Assembly: GCF_006345805.1 (NCBI RefSeq) | Contig: NC_042997.1 | Location: 73,222,001-73,286,000, forward strand | Source: Octopus sinensis | Taxonomy: Eukaryota | Reading direction: 5' to 3' | Length of the DNA stretch: 64,000 bases | In this document: one piece after another, positions 50,459-64,000 of the stretch | Layout: the number at the start of each line of letters is the position of its first letter | Position numbering within the stretch: the first letter of the stretch is position 1 | The notes under the pieces: generated by a model | Told to the model about the DNA's origin: nothing | What the model saw: only the letters and a program-made list of their open reading frames with translations | Databases searched by the model: none | Position numbers and translations under genes: made by a program

Positions 50459-50860
50459 GAGACACAGCTTGAAAGTCTTGTGCATACTCTCCGCATTTTC
50501 TCAAATGACGTAGCTATAGATTTTGGGATAGAAAAGTGTGCTATATTGAAAATGAAACACGGAAGATTTGAAAGAGGCTAGGGAATTGAAATGCCAAATG
50601 AGCAAACAATGAGGACGGTTCAGAAAGGTCAGTGGTATAAGTACTTGGGTATACTGGAAGCAGACGAGAGAAAAAAAATGAAGAAATTAAATAATTTACC
50701 CGTAGGGAGTAGACATGGAGTGTAAGAAAAGTATTGCAGTCAAAACGGAATTCCAAAAGCCTCATTGAAGCAATAAATTCAAGAGTAGTAACGTTAATCA
50801 TATATAGAGTTGGAATTATAGACTGGACGAAAAACGATATGTCAAGTTTTGCTAATTGCT
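50459..50860 (+). mobile_element. R4/Dong-like RT fragment following (TAA)n
   Basis: LESLVHTLRIFSNDVAIDFGIEKCAILKM...YKYLGILEAD. Confidence 0.8.
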
Positions 50861-51097
50861 TATTTCATAAGAACCGGTATAGGGACAAGGATCAAATATC
50901 CGTAAACTGCAAATTTCTATCTCTTTTCTACTCTAGATACAAAGCACGAAATTTTGGGGGAGTGGGAAGTCGATTAGAACGACCCCAGTACCCGACTGGT
51001 ATTGAATTTATCTACCCCGAAAGTATGAAAGGCAAAGTCGACCTCGCGGAATTTGAACTCAGAACGTAAAGACAGACGAAATAGCGTTGGAAGCAAT

Positions 51098-54040
51098 TGT
51101 GTACACGTTCATTTTAATCACAATATATATTAAGAAAAAAATTCTTAGCAGTATTTCGCCTGCTGTTACGTTCTGAGTTCAAATTCCGCCGCGGTTGACT
51201 TTGCCTTTCATCCTTTCGAGGTCGATTAAATGTACCAGTTACGCACTGAGGTCGATGCAATCGACTTAATCCTTTTGTCCATCGTTGTTTGTCCTTTCTA
51301 TGTTTAGCCCCTTGTGGGCAATAAAGAAATAAATATATATTAAGGAAAAAAACCCGACGAGCTCATAGATACCATATGACGTGTGATTTTAATTATTTAA
51401 ACAAATATAGAGCATTTGTTATATGTTCATTAGGAGTTCAATACACGACACTCGCCATCTCAATAAGAAAGTCGATTCGGTGGGTTTCTTTTTCTGCCGG
51501 ATCGCCAGTTTACTCCAATCATCATCTCGTCGACTCCGTGCGTTTGAGTTTCGGGTTTCTCTAACTTGACGCCACAATTGTTATTGCCTAATCTCGAGTC
51601 AATTCCTACCTGGGTGGGTTGACAACTGTCCGTTGACGGGAGGAATTGGTCGAAACTAGCTACCCAGCTTTTTGTTTTCGTATGCAACGATCGCAAATAT
51701 TCGCGCCTTTCTGTACCAGATATATAACGGGACTTGCTTTCTTCATGTATTTGTTGCGGTACCAGACGTTAGAAAATGGTATGAATCGTGGATTGCAGCT
51801 GGTACGTAATGGTCATTCGAGTAAACTTTCCCAAAGAGAAGCAGTTTTTCCACTTGATGAAGAACGATGATTAGAACTCGCTGTAAATAGGGATACCAAA
51901 CGGCAACGACAGGAATCCAAACAGATAAGGCACGTTTGATGGTTTCGCTCGGCTTACCCATTTGACTGTGGATGATAAGTAGATGTATACATACTCTCTA
52001 TGCTACGGGTCGATAACCACCCTTTCCATGCTGAAAAATCAGATGCGTTGTCTGATACAATAACGTTTGGCAGTTTCTGACCGAAAGGATGCATCAAGCA
52101 CATTTGTATATTTTCCTTTTCGCGTGAGGTGCAAGAAATGGCATTGATGTAGTTGTAATACGAATTGACGACAACGAGTAAATTTCTAACGCGGTTCATG
52201 GAAACCCAATCCACGTGAATACGTTCCCGAAGACCATCCTTACTCCACGTCGCTGTCGAATCAGCTTTCGTACTTCGATTCTGTTGACAAGTTAGAAATG
52301 AAGGTAGTCACATCCCAAGACATGTTTGGCCACAATAATCAAGAGAAATTTTATCGAGCATTTGTTGAATACCCAAATGTGTATCATGACTATCGCTAAG
52401 TACCCTGTAGAGTAGTTGTTAGGGAACATTCTTGTTCGCAAATATAGAATTCTGTCACCCATGCGTTTCAAAGAGAGGTCACACTTGTTTCGCGATGTCT
52501 GTTTTTGGTTATGATTCTGCGTTTGATTCGCTGTCACATTCAGTAATATTTTTCACTCATTTGCTCAGCTGCTGCTTGCAATCTCAACATTGCGTCAACA
52601 TGAGGAATTTAAGAGCTAGAGATATGCGACATATCAAAATCTAACGCGATTAATTGAATAGCCCATCGCTTGCTTTTTGCAGAAACATTCGTGGAAGATA
52701 TATTTTAAAGGTCTATGATCCGTACTAAGTTTGAGTCTTTTACCTAGCAGGAATTGTTGGAGACGGGTAACGGCCCATACGATGCCAAACGCTTCTCGCT
52801 CGATATTTGACCAATTAGATTCAGCAGGTGTCAATTTTCTCGACACACATAGAAGAACGCGACCATTTTGTGAATGTATTTTCACAATACTGTTCATTGA
52901 GGCATCCATCGTCAGCTCGGTAGGTAATTTAGGATTAACTGACTTCAACACTGATTCTTTGTATACCTCGTCTTTAATATTCTCAAATTCGTGTTGGCAC
53001 TTGTCACTCCACTGAAAACGATTGGCAGTAGTTAGTTTCTGCATGCTAATTGTTTTCTCACTAAAATTTAAATGAATCGCCCAAGTATCCGATTAGTCCA
53101 ATAAAGGATTGCAGTTCCTCAGTATTTTTTTGGTTGATTTAATGCCATGAATCTGTAATAGCGTAACCAAGTATACCCCTCTTGTAGTATTGATGGTGCA
53201 GAGCTTTTGACTATTTTCATCGACCTCGATCTGCCAATACACGTCGGTTAAGTCAATCTTACCGAAGAAAAGATACACACAGTAGCTTATCCACGTTCAG
53301 CATGACCAGTGGTGCAAGATTCTTCGGTAAGATTGACTTAACCGACGTGTCTTGGTAGATCGAGCTCGATGAAAATAGTCAGAAGCTCTGCACCATCAAT
53401 ACTACAAGAGGGGTATACTTGGTTTACGCGATTACAGATTCATGGCATTAAATCAACCAAAAAAATACTGAGGAACTGCGATCCTTTCTTGGACTAATCG
53501 GATACTTGGGCGATTCATTTCAAATTTCAGTGAACTTTGAAGTTGGGACACATATGCAGTCGTCCATTTTTCTTTCTAACACAGACGACTGGAGAAGTAA
53601 CACTATGCCAGCCGAGAGCGTATTTTTAATTACACCTTCCAATGTATCTATTTCCTGTACTACATCTTCCTCGAGAGTAATATGTATGATTGTGGGAGCA
53701 CAGAATTTATCAGAGGCATTAGGTATTAATTTAACAGAAGATTGCACTCCTTTTATTGTCGGCAGAAATGACTTAGCGCTGCAAATTGTTTCAGTATTGA
53801 ACAGGTCACGATCTAGTAGACCATACCTGCAGTCACCTTTAATTATTTTGAAAGTATGGAGTAATTGCCGACCACCTCGTTTCACAGTAGGGCAAATGTC
53901 CCAAGTGCATTCCATGTGATGCTCATCGTACGATTCGTATGAAGAATGTTGCCGTGTGATCGTCATGCCGATATCCTTTGCTATTACAGATGAGATACTG
54001 CTGCAGGGAGCACCCTATCATGCATCCTGTGTATTATGTA
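51098..54040 (-). mobile_element. Decayed Ty3/Gypsy element (RT, RNase H, integrase; probable 3' LTR 51098-51450 with SINE insert 51142-51331)
   Basis: GKIDLTDVYWQIEVDE, SRKLTPAESNWSNIEREA...TDHRPL, IVSDNA...YHPQSNG, RSGRKRNPPNRLSY; purine tract then tgtcgtg LTR start. Confidence 0.85.
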
Positions 54041-54104
54041 ACCATTACTGAGTGAGACAGATTCAAACACAGGTTTTTCCGATGCGTGACCGATAAGTGC
54101 GCAA

Positions 54105-54429
54105 ATATTACTCATTTTATCGACCGCGAAAGGATAAAAGGTAAAGTCAACCACGGCTGAATTTGAACTCAGAACATACAGACGGACGAAATACCTATTT
54201 CTTTACTACCCACAAGGGGCTAAACACAGAGAGGACAAACAAGGACAGACAAACGGATTAAGTCGATTATATCGACCCCAGTGCGTAACTGGTACTTATT
54301 TAATCGACCCCGAAAGGATGAAAGGCAAAGTCGACCTCGGCGGAATTTGAACTCAGAACGTAACGGCAGACGAAATACCGCTAAGCATTTTTACAGGCGT
54401 ACCAACGATTCTGCCAGCTCGCCGCCTTC
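54105..54429 (-). mobile_element. SINE dimer (9465 family)
   Basis: Reverse complement of the 9465-9885 structure. Confidence 0.88.
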
Positions 54430-55648
54430 ATATATTTATATCATATAGACATCTAGTCGACCTCATTATCCATACGTCTATCGATCTATTTTAGAGCCAG
54501 CTATTTAGCTCAATCTTCAGCAATGTTCACCAATTTATTCTATTACATCCAACGTGGTCATAATTTTTCTCATTGAGACTGTTTCTGTTCTTCAATAAGA
54601 ATGCAGTAAACAGCCTGTCGCTGTATTGGGTCTGAAGAGGCTGTAGACAGACGTTATATATCGATTTTATTTATCAATCCTGAGTGTTTAATTTTTTAGA
54701 ATATGTCAGGAGATAGAAGGCGTAAACTTTTCCTTGCATCGACACGGATACCTCAGCTATATTATATGTTGATTTTATTGCAGATGTTATGAATACAGAA
54801 TGACTCAACAACTGGATACGACTTGGTAATTCATTACTCCAACCTCTTTTCTTTTCGACTACTCTATACTAGTTTACTACTAGGTATAACATCGACAAAC
54901 CTTACGTCCTTGAACTTTCTATTCTTTTACCATGAGCTGACATTGTCTAGAATTTTTACATTTCTGTCTAACTTTTTCTGAAATTTGTTATGGCACACGG
55001 CACATATTCAATTTTCATCATAGCTGATGACATTCACTAACGTTTTCTTGATTTCTTTATACAGTCTAATCTGGATTGTTGCTTAAAACTGCACCAGCCG
55101 AATGGAATTTCGTGAATGCCTTTGCAGTTGGCAAAACTGACCTATGTCTGCTGTTTGGACGCTTATTATGGTGTTCTCCGACATAGAACTGAAAAATCAG
55201 GTGTCCAGTAGTGACATGCTTCAGATTTTATGAATAGAACAGCTGTCTTTTGCCTTCTACAGTTTCTAACATAGTTCGTTATTTAGATTGGGAGTATTAA
55301 ATGATGGATGTAGTTTGCTGCTATTTAGTTTTATTCAAAATGCCTTAAAGCTACTCATGGATATAAGAATTACACGAAAAAGAATTTTTGTTTCACTCGC
55401 TTCGATTGAGATCGATATGTGCATCATGTGTATAATCATAAATGTGTTTGATTTTTTAAAAACATTGATTCGAAATAGGTGGTTACTATATCTACTGACA
55501 GTAGGGGTCTCATTTTCTACTTCCATTTGTTTCATCATTCTGCTTTAAAAACTACACAGAATAGCTTCCATGAAACGCTACTAGGGAATTTATAAGATGC
55601 ATAGGGATTTTGCTTTCTTAAAGGAGATTATGCCTTCGTATCCATTTC

Positions 55649-55672
55649 AGTAGTAGTAGTAGTAGTAGTAGC

Positions 55673-55744
<72 letters not shown>
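55649..55744. repeat. (TAG)n microsatellite
   Basis: Direct reading. Confidence 0.97.
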
Positions 55745-55746
<2 letters not shown>

Positions 55747-57353
55747 CAGCAGCAGCAGCAGCAGAAGCAGCTGCTACTACGGTGCTTTTCAATAATCTAC
55801 TTGTGTCACATTTGTTTCCCTTAAAACTTTGCATAGATTTTTCTGTTTGATTACACCGTGTAACGCGATTTTTATCCTTGGATAGCAACTGTTATTTCCC
55901 ATCTGCTTACCTCTAGAAAGCATGAAAAAGGGTTAATATTTCCTTTAAACTTTGCTTTTGTTACATTTATTCAAGCTCTAAAATATCCCTCTCAAAACAT
56001 GGCTACACTGCTCTCCCACTATTCCAGCTCGTGATCAGAGATGCACATATTGTCAGCCACTAACTGGGGACATGCTCATCTGGTTAAGGTCAATCAACTG
56101 ACAAGCAAATCTATAGTACTGAGTAGAATATTTACTATAACGATATCTCTGCTTTAGCATCTCAGCGTTGAATATGTCTGAAATGTAATAAAATATAGGC
56201 AAGTTTCAAAACACTGATGTCCAGGTCACAAAAGCAAAGTTTTCATTTCCTTTGAAATGGGAAACAAATAGGAAATAACACTTACTGGCAGAAGACAAAA
56301 AAATATTAAAGTTTATTACAAAGTGTTATTACATATAGTATAATGATAACTTCTATACACTGCAATATATCGGCTACGTGCTTTTGCTATGTGTGGGGAG
56401 ATTAATTCGATTGAAAACAGATCAAATAGGATACAAAATATCATTTTTTATTCTCGTTTGGACTTCGTTTATTTAAATCTTGACGCTCGGTCAGAAGCGC
56501 GTGATTAACGGTTTCATTAGATCACACATTTGATGGTGAAATGATATCAAGGAAGGTGTAATGAAGCAATGACTGGCCGATTACTTTTCAAACTTAGTTC
56601 GGGAAAATAGTTGAGACCACAAGAGGCAGTGACAGTCCAATGTCCACTTCCTAGTTTATTGATGCTTCTGAGCCATTGTGATCATATTATTGATGCTTCT
56701 GATCCATTGTGATACATCGTGATTATTGCAATTTTGTTGCATTATTCGTGATTGCTCTTCATGTTATATAATGCAATTTCTACATGTTACATGATGTAAT
56801 TGAAAGTACAATTAATTATGTTATAATAAATATTTTTAGGATATTTCATGTAAACATTTTTTGTATATAAAAACTAAAGTCAGCTTATGATCAGCATACC
56901 GAATGTGATAGAAAAACACAAAAATTGGGAGTAAAATATAACTTTCATTAAAATCTGTTACCTAGTGCAACAGATCACTACAAGCCCAGATCTTCAAACA
57001 TGCTCCTCAAACAAATAATCAGCTTATAGAATTTACTACTTTTGTGTGCTTTATCTATGAATTACATCTTACATCTATGAGTGTTGATATTGATACGACT
57101 CTTATACACCACCCACTGAAAGCATTTATTATGCGATTCAAAAGAATTTAGTGCGTTTCGTAGTTTATTAATTACAAAACATTGATAAAACATGTAAGAA
57201 CATGCATTAGTATCTTATAGGTTACCAAAGAAAAGAAATGTACTGAGGTTTAATGAAGGCGTCTTGTACTGCATATTAATACTAATAGCATCATATGTTA
57301 AAGAAGATGTTTTGATGTACACAATTACAAAATAAAAATTTAACTATACATAC

Positions 57354-57597
57354 ATGGAATAATACATAGTGTTCTTTCTCAAAATGTCCAAAGGTACCGA
57401 CATGTTGATACCCATGAAAAACTGAGTTCAAAAGGTCAGTCACAAATGTGGCCACCATACAACAAAAGAATATTTGCCAGGACAGAGATTTCGTCCAAAA
57501 TGAAGAAACTTCTTCCATTGAGAAAAGAAGGCCTCCAATTGGCGCTCCAAATGCTGAAGCAATACCAGCAGCAGCTCCAGCAGAAATGAAATTTCGT
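57354..57597 (-). CDS. CLC transporter exon A (244 nt): RNFISAGAAAGIASAFGAPIGGLLFSMEEVSSFWTKSLSWQIFFCCMVATFVTDLLNSVFHGYQHVGTFGHFEKEHYVLFH
   Basis: Acceptor attttattttcag, donor cat|gtatgt; hallmark CLC motif AGAAAG-x-AxAFGAPIGGLLFSMEE. Confidence 0.95.
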
Positions 57598-59699
57598 CTG
57601 AAAATAAAATAGATATAGGCATAAAAATGTATAGATTTAATAAATTATTAAATATTTATATATTCTAGATTGAGACAAATCTGACCGATAACAAGAAATA
57701 AAACAAATAGATGAAAACTTTTTACGAAAGGCAAATCTTTTAAGTTATCGAAGTAATATCATACGAAAATCTTTTGGATCACTTTACTGCATGAGTAACA
57801 AATGCAAAATCATATTTCATGTGTAATTAATAAATGCTATAAACATATTTCCCTGAAAATAATAAACATATTGTCGCAAAATTTATAATTTATACTTTCA
57901 GAATTTAGATTAGAAATTTCAAAACTAATGAGCTAAATATATTTTCAGTAGCGTGAGCATGGGAAAATATCTTAGAAACTGAAACTCAGACTCTATTGAA
58001 AATTACAAAGAGAACCTGGAATGTGAAATTCGACAGTAATTCGATTAAATGTTCACTTATTTATACTAAATATCGTTTCAAGATGCAGTATTTTTATTTT
58101 ATTTTTGCTTCGATCGCGTTCTCTGGATATAGAATTTTTTTCTGATCGCATTAATCTCTATTAATATATTTTAGATCTATCGATTTGGAATCTGAAACTG
58201 TTGAAGATGTTTAAAAGATATTTTGTAGCGATATTTGTTTCCCACGAATTTAGAATCTCTGAATGAAAGCGCTGAATATATTGTAATATTAGACTTGGAA
58301 GTAAAACTGAATAAAACTAAAAAGGCAAATAAGCACATGTCTCTTGAAAGTTTTTTCATGGATACTGATAACTTAACACAAAAAAGTGATGTAAATATAT
58401 AGGAATGTATGAAACATGATTATATAGATATAGCCATTGATAAAAACGTCAACTAATACATTTTATATTTGATGGATCTAGAGGCAATGGCAGTTACCAT
58501 TTAATACGGGAAAGACATCGGCATGGGTGGAATTCTGGATGGGAAAATATTCTGTGAAGGAAACACTGGGTGTAATGATCAGTGCGAGGCCTATGGGTGA
58601 GGATGAACACAACAAGTAATGAAGCGGCTTTTCTTTTAAAGCGATCAGGATACTTGAGTGTACAGCAGCAGAGGCACCGTCCCATACAAAAATATACTGA
58701 GTGTCCCTATACACGTACCATGCATATACATATAGTACATGAACCAAATTAACCATAGTTAAATAATGGGTGACATACCATAAAAAACGCATTAAACAGA
58801 ATACTACACATACCACACTTAACCAAATAATTGTCCTTACAATATATTTCAAGAACACCAGAGTGAAAAACTTACGCATCAACATGAAACCAAAGCCGAA
58901 GCCAGAGAAGTGCTTCGCACAAACAAAATAGTATACAAATGTAAATGAAGACATCAAAGTCGTGGATATCATAAGACAAACAATTTGATAGTCGTTTTAT
59001 GTATTTCCATCAAGACATGGCAACATGTTATAAACATAAAAAAAATATTAGCATAACTTTAGTTGAAAGCACACATAAAATAGAAGGGGTCATAGCTATA
59101 GAAGACATACTCATATTGAATTACGAAGCAGAAATGGTTAAACAGATACGACATACGTAAAATTAATAATAAAAGTCAAGAGGAAGTTGTTACTGCTTTT
59201 ACATTATTCCCAAGGTCCTTCGACAACTACGACAAAGGCTAAATAACAATGCTACAAATATTATCATTTTACTTGAATGATAATGCTGAGAAACTTTTGA
59301 GATGTTGAGGGACTTAGGAAAGCTAATATTTCAAACTTAGTATAATGGAATAACTAGGAAGTGAGAAAATGCTTAAACAAAAAAATATTAAACTCGAACA
59401 TTCGTGTTATTATGTAAAATGTTCAAGGAAATGATGTTCTTATATTTAGAGTGCGACGAGTATTTGAGGATACTTGATTATCAGTATATTACTTTCTTCA
59501 AACTAATTAACGGAGTTTTATTTATTCCGAATCCACCATAAAAGGCTGACACAAGAAATGAAAAGACATACAATCATTGATATATTATGTGCGAAACACG
59601 GCTATTTAAAAATTGCTTACTTTCTAAATATTACAAGTTTGGGTGGAAATAGAAGCCACTGACAGGAATGTTTCAACTGTATCAAAGGAAAAGAAAACA

Positions 59700-60520
59700 T
59701 TCTAAATATCCGGACACTATAGAGACACCACAATTCATCTAACGACTTTAAAGCATTATCGATGATACTGAAATATCAATGAGGGCCATCACCGAAGAAC
59801 TACATGAATTGCAGCGCATGAGGACATATTACTGAGAAGAAGCCAATTTTGTCTGCAAAGACACGCGAAAACTGTTTGATCTGTGCGAAGGTTAAAATCG
59901 TCACGTACATTACATGTTTTGATTCTTATCTGATCAGACAATCTTCAACCAAGACTAAATGTCTAACAGGAGAGATACCTGATAGTTAAGTGCAGGTCAT
60001 TCCGATGTCCCCATAGTAATGCCACTAAGTTTCCAGCAACTGTGATGATTTTAGGAGAGGTGAGTAACGCAGCTCGTTTCATGTCATCTCACATCTTTCC
60101 AAAGGGTACTTGAATATATTTTGCATACGCTGATGTGCTGGAGACAGTTGTTAAGCTTTGCATGGATGATGTAGGCATTAGAAGGCTACAAGTATTTCGA
60201 CAAAACCCACCATCATCTAAAGAATTTCACATATTACAATGTGTAATACCAAATTTGTGACCTCCAAACTAGCTAAATATATTTCCCATTGACTACTACA
60301 TTTGGAGCGTTGATGAAAAGGAGACTAATCGATATTTTCACAATACCGTAGCTTCACCGAATGCTGCCATTTTCCAGGTGATGTCCGAAACTGAAGGCGG
60401 ATTCTTAGAGCAATCGAGAGCATGCACACAAATGTTTATTAAAAAAATATTTGGGTCATAGTAAATTAGAGCTGTTCAATTTTATTACCAAGTATGTCCT
60501 CAAATACCTCCCGCCCTTAT
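59700..60520 (+). mobile_element. Tc1/mariner (maT/DD37D-like) transposase relic
   Basis: TKFPATVMILGEVS, YADVLETVVK, DYYIWS..EKETN-like segments across frames. Confidence 0.65.
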
Positions 60521-60550
60521 ATACAAATATATATTTGTATATCATATGCA

Positions 60551-60599
<49 letters not shown>

Positions 60600-60604
60600 C
60601 ATAT

Positions 60605-60643
<39 letters not shown>

Positions 60644-60711
60644 TACATACATACATACATACATTCATACATACATACATACTCCTTCTTGAGGAAAATC
60701 TAGAGTGAAGA

Positions 60712-62970
60712 GAAGGAATTTAACCAAGATGCTTTGTGGCTGGAAGAAATCCGAAAAAGTTATTGCTCCTGCGTTACATCAAAGACACAACATTGATGGT
60801 GAAACTCTTGCAACTGTGATACAGAAACTCCAGGTTGGAAAAAAATCTTGGAAGAGACCAGATTGTTGAATATTGGTACAAGACGCTAACATTCTACCGA
60901 CTATATCTTATTAATCTGTACCGGCAAGCTTTCATTGCGAACAGTAAGTATACCACGCTGGTTTTTTCTCCGATAGAGACAAAATTGATCCCCAAATGCA
61001 GAACCACCCACATGGCAAAAAAGAAACTACAAGCCAGAACTTAATGTATAAAATATATATAGCATGTTTAAACTTCTTCCTCCAGGACCATTGTGAAACA
61101 AATAACTTTATAACGGCAGAACAAGCAGCTGGGAAGAAGGAAGTCTGGGGATGTCCCGACCAATTGTTACTCAACAAAACTGTGATGTCTGAGGTGCGCG
61201 AGCATAGGACGTACTTAGTGTCAATGTGGTTAGATTACAAGAAAGCCTTTGACTCTGTTTGCCACTCATGGATGCTAAAAGCCCTTCAACTTGCAAAAGT
61301 TCCAGTGAGAATTGTCAAAGCCATCTTGAAATTAAACACAAAGAGTGACTGTATTATCACCGATAGAATACAATATCGTAAAGGCATATACCAAGGAGAC
61401 AGCCTCTCTGTGATGTTGTTTATAATTTCTGTAAACTCCTTGTCATTCATGTTAAAGAAGCCTTAAGGAAACAGATATTCGCTGCTTCTTTGAGGATGAT
61501 TTTGCAAAGAATATGCATGAGATGAAAAAGAGCCTTGATCTAGTTACAACATTCTCAAAGTATACAAGGCTGGAGTTTGGTCAGGATAAATGTTGTTATA
61601 TGGTTGTGAAAAGGGGGAAAACTATAAATCAGACTAGTAACATCTCCATTAGTGATTTGACTATTTCCCTTGTATCTGACGAGGAATGTTTAAGGTACCT
61701 AAGGGTAAATGAAAATATATCTTACAATGGCAACGGTAACAAAACACGTGTCACAAGCGAATAAAGAAAATTAGGACCTCAGAACTATCTGCATTCATTA
61801 CAACAGTGGCCCACAATATGTTCAATATGTTTGCAGTGCCAGTACTTATGCCAATATTTGGGCTGCTTGATTGGACGCTTGATGAGATCCGAGTCATTGA
61901 TGTGAAAACCCGAAAGATACTAACAAGCTCGCATAATTCCCACATAAACAGTGACGTAGACTGCCTCTACCTAAAATGTAAACAAGGTGGCAGAGGCTTA
62001 TCATCGATCCAAAATACTTTTAAATGTCTTATCATATCCCTTCTGCAACATCTTTTAACCACCAAGTCTCGAAATCCATCCCTTGACCAAGTTAGCATAT
62101 ATGAGGTTGATAACATTATAAGACTTGTAAGGCAGCTCCTTGAGCAACACTCTTTGTCTGATAAACAAATCGCACGACTCTACCGCAACATATCATCAGA
62201 TGAAAGGATGAATCTATATGAGCAGAAGATTATGCCTCCGTGATGATAGTAACATCGATCTTCAAAGCAGTTTATCATGGACCAATAGCCGGATTACTAC
62301 CTCCCCCTTTGAAGGGTATGCGTTTGCAATCGTAGAACAGCAAATATCAACCAAGTACTTGATGCACAAAAAGGATAGAGATGCAGGATAAGCCGTAAAA
62401 TGTGACAACTGATGCAGACTTTGTGGAGTTCACACCGAAGATATCACCCACATCATAAGCAGTTGTCCGAAAATGTCATCACGGTATCATCTGCCGATGA
62501 GAACTGACGTTGTAGATAGGACACTCTATAATAAAATCCGTCGGAAGGAAAATATCGAGGACAAAGAAATAAAAGCTCACAATATGGTAGAAGTCATAGC
62601 CACTCATAATAAAAAGGAATACTGATGGAATGTGCCAGTGAAGACATCATTATAATGTAAGTACAAGAGACCTGATAAAATGATCTGGGATAAAGAAGAG
62701 AAACTGTGCACAGTTGTGGAAATTAGCTGCCCAGTGGATGTTAACATAAAGCCGAAGATCAGTGAAAAACACAACACCTAGGCAGAACTCTTGAGAAATC
62801 TGCAGTTACTCTATCCAGGGGCCCTGGGATAAGTAACACACTGCCTAAATACCAGTCTTGAAAAATTAGGCTTCTCAAAATCAGAAAGGAGAAAGGTAAT
62901 TTGAAGGCTACAGATCCAATCCATCATTGGAACTGTAAAGATCTATAAAACTTTCCAGAAGTTTATCATT
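60712..62970 (+). mobile_element. Decayed R4-like LINE (RT + restriction-like endonuclease)
   Basis: EQAAGKKEVWGCPDQLLLNK, WLDYKKAFDSV, GIYQGDSLS, CRLCGVHTEDITHIISSCP, RPDK..WDKE.K.C.VVEISCP motifs. Confidence 0.87.
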
Positions 62971-63057
62971 TAAAGGTATATGAGCATGTTTTGATATGTA
63001 ACCATATTCATGAGAATACATACATAAAACATACAAATCTGCACATACATACATAGG

Positions 63058-63225
63058 CACAGGAGTGGCTGTGTGGTAAGTAGCTTGCTTACTAACCACA
63101 TGGTTCTGGGTTCAGTCGCACTGCGTGGCACCTTGGGCAAGTCTCTTCTACTATAACCTTGGGCCGACCAAAGCTTTGTGAGTGGATTTGATAGACAGAA
63201 ACTGAAAGAAGTCCGTCGTATATAC
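63058..63225 (+). mobile_element. tRNA-derived SINE (15158 family)
   Basis: ggagtggctgtgtggtaag...ggttcagtc..actgcgtggcaccttgggcaag. Confidence 0.85.
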
Positions 63226-63624
63226 ATGTGTGTGTGTGCTTTTGTCCCCCACTATCGCTTGACAACCAATGTTGACGTGTTTATGCCCCCGTAACTTAGT
63301 GGCTCGGCAAAAAATAGTGATAGAATAAGTACTAAGTTTACAAAGAATAAGTCCTGGGGTCGATTTGTTTGACTAAAGGTGGTGCTCCAGCATGGCCGCA
63401 ATAAAATGACTAAAACAAATAAAAGAATAAAAGAATACAAACAAAAATAGTTTGTTGTTGATGCTGAAATTCCAATGAAGGAACCTTGGATCTAGGTTAG
63501 AAACCGGTTCTTTCTCTATTGGCAAGAAATTTTGAAATAAACTGAATAATGACATACAGACACACATACATACATACATACATACATACATACATACATA
63601 CATACATACGTACATACATACTCA

Positions 63625-64000
63625 AAGGATATAAAATTAAAGTGTGGTCGGAATAAATGTTATATGGTTGGAAAAAGAGGAAAATCTCTAAACCAGACTA
63701 GTGACATTTCCATAAATTACTTGACTGTTTCCCTTGTGTCTGATTAAGAATGTTACAGGTATATAAGGGTGGATGAAGACATATCTTACAATGGTACCGG
63801 TAACAAACACGTGTCATTAAAGAATATTACAACCAAATAAAAAAAATTAGGACTGCAGAACTCTCTGCATTCATTAAAATAGTGACCCACAATATTGTTA
63901 CAGTACCAGTACTCATACCAATATTTGGGCTGTTTGATTGGATGCTTGATGAGATCCGAGCCATTGATGTGGAAACCCGGAAAATACTAACAAGCACACA
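63625..64000 (+). mobile_element. Second copy of the R4-like RT segment (homologous to ~61555-61930), running off the window
   Basis: Direct alignment, e.g. ccaatatttgggctg.ttgattgga.gcttgatgagatccgag.cattgatgtg.aaacccg. Confidence 0.85.

Noticed and set aside
58177-58972. ORFs upstream of exon A as the missing gating-Glu exons
   Set aside because: No GKEGP-like motif or suitable phase-2 donor found.
63465-63515. Hammerhead-like ccaatgaaggaacc...ggttagaaaccggt
   Set aside because: Core reads CCAATGA rather than CTGANGA and stems I/II do not abut the core; at best a relic.

Overview
AT-rich eukaryotic (metazoan) genomic DNA dense in microsatellites and transposon relics. The SINE, LINE and Penelope families look like those of an octopus/cephalopod genome (inference from pattern recognition, no database search). 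The only host gene I can reconstruct is the middle part of a CLC-family Cl-/H+ transporter on the minus strand: 8 phase-consistent GT-AG exons between 57597 and 7827, with the 5' and 3' exons not found in the window. Introns contain R4/Dong-like LINEs in (TAA)n tracts, Penelope-like elements, two decayed Ty3/Gypsy elements, Tc1/mariner relics, Helitron ends, MITEs and tRNA-derived SINEs. The stand-out feature lies in the 22-kb intron: a ~4.06-kb array of near-identical ~493-bp units (21884-25941), arranged as ~2.7 units head-to-head with ~5.5 units. Every unit carries a complete type I hammerhead ribozyme fold (9 copies; 3 sense and 6 antisense to the CLC pre-mRNA). This is the architecture of a non-LTR retrozyme (circRNA-producing tandem repeat). 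Several other Penelope-type hammerhead motifs and local fold-back duplications also occur. Ribozyme activity, expression and the assembly of the palindrome are untested here.
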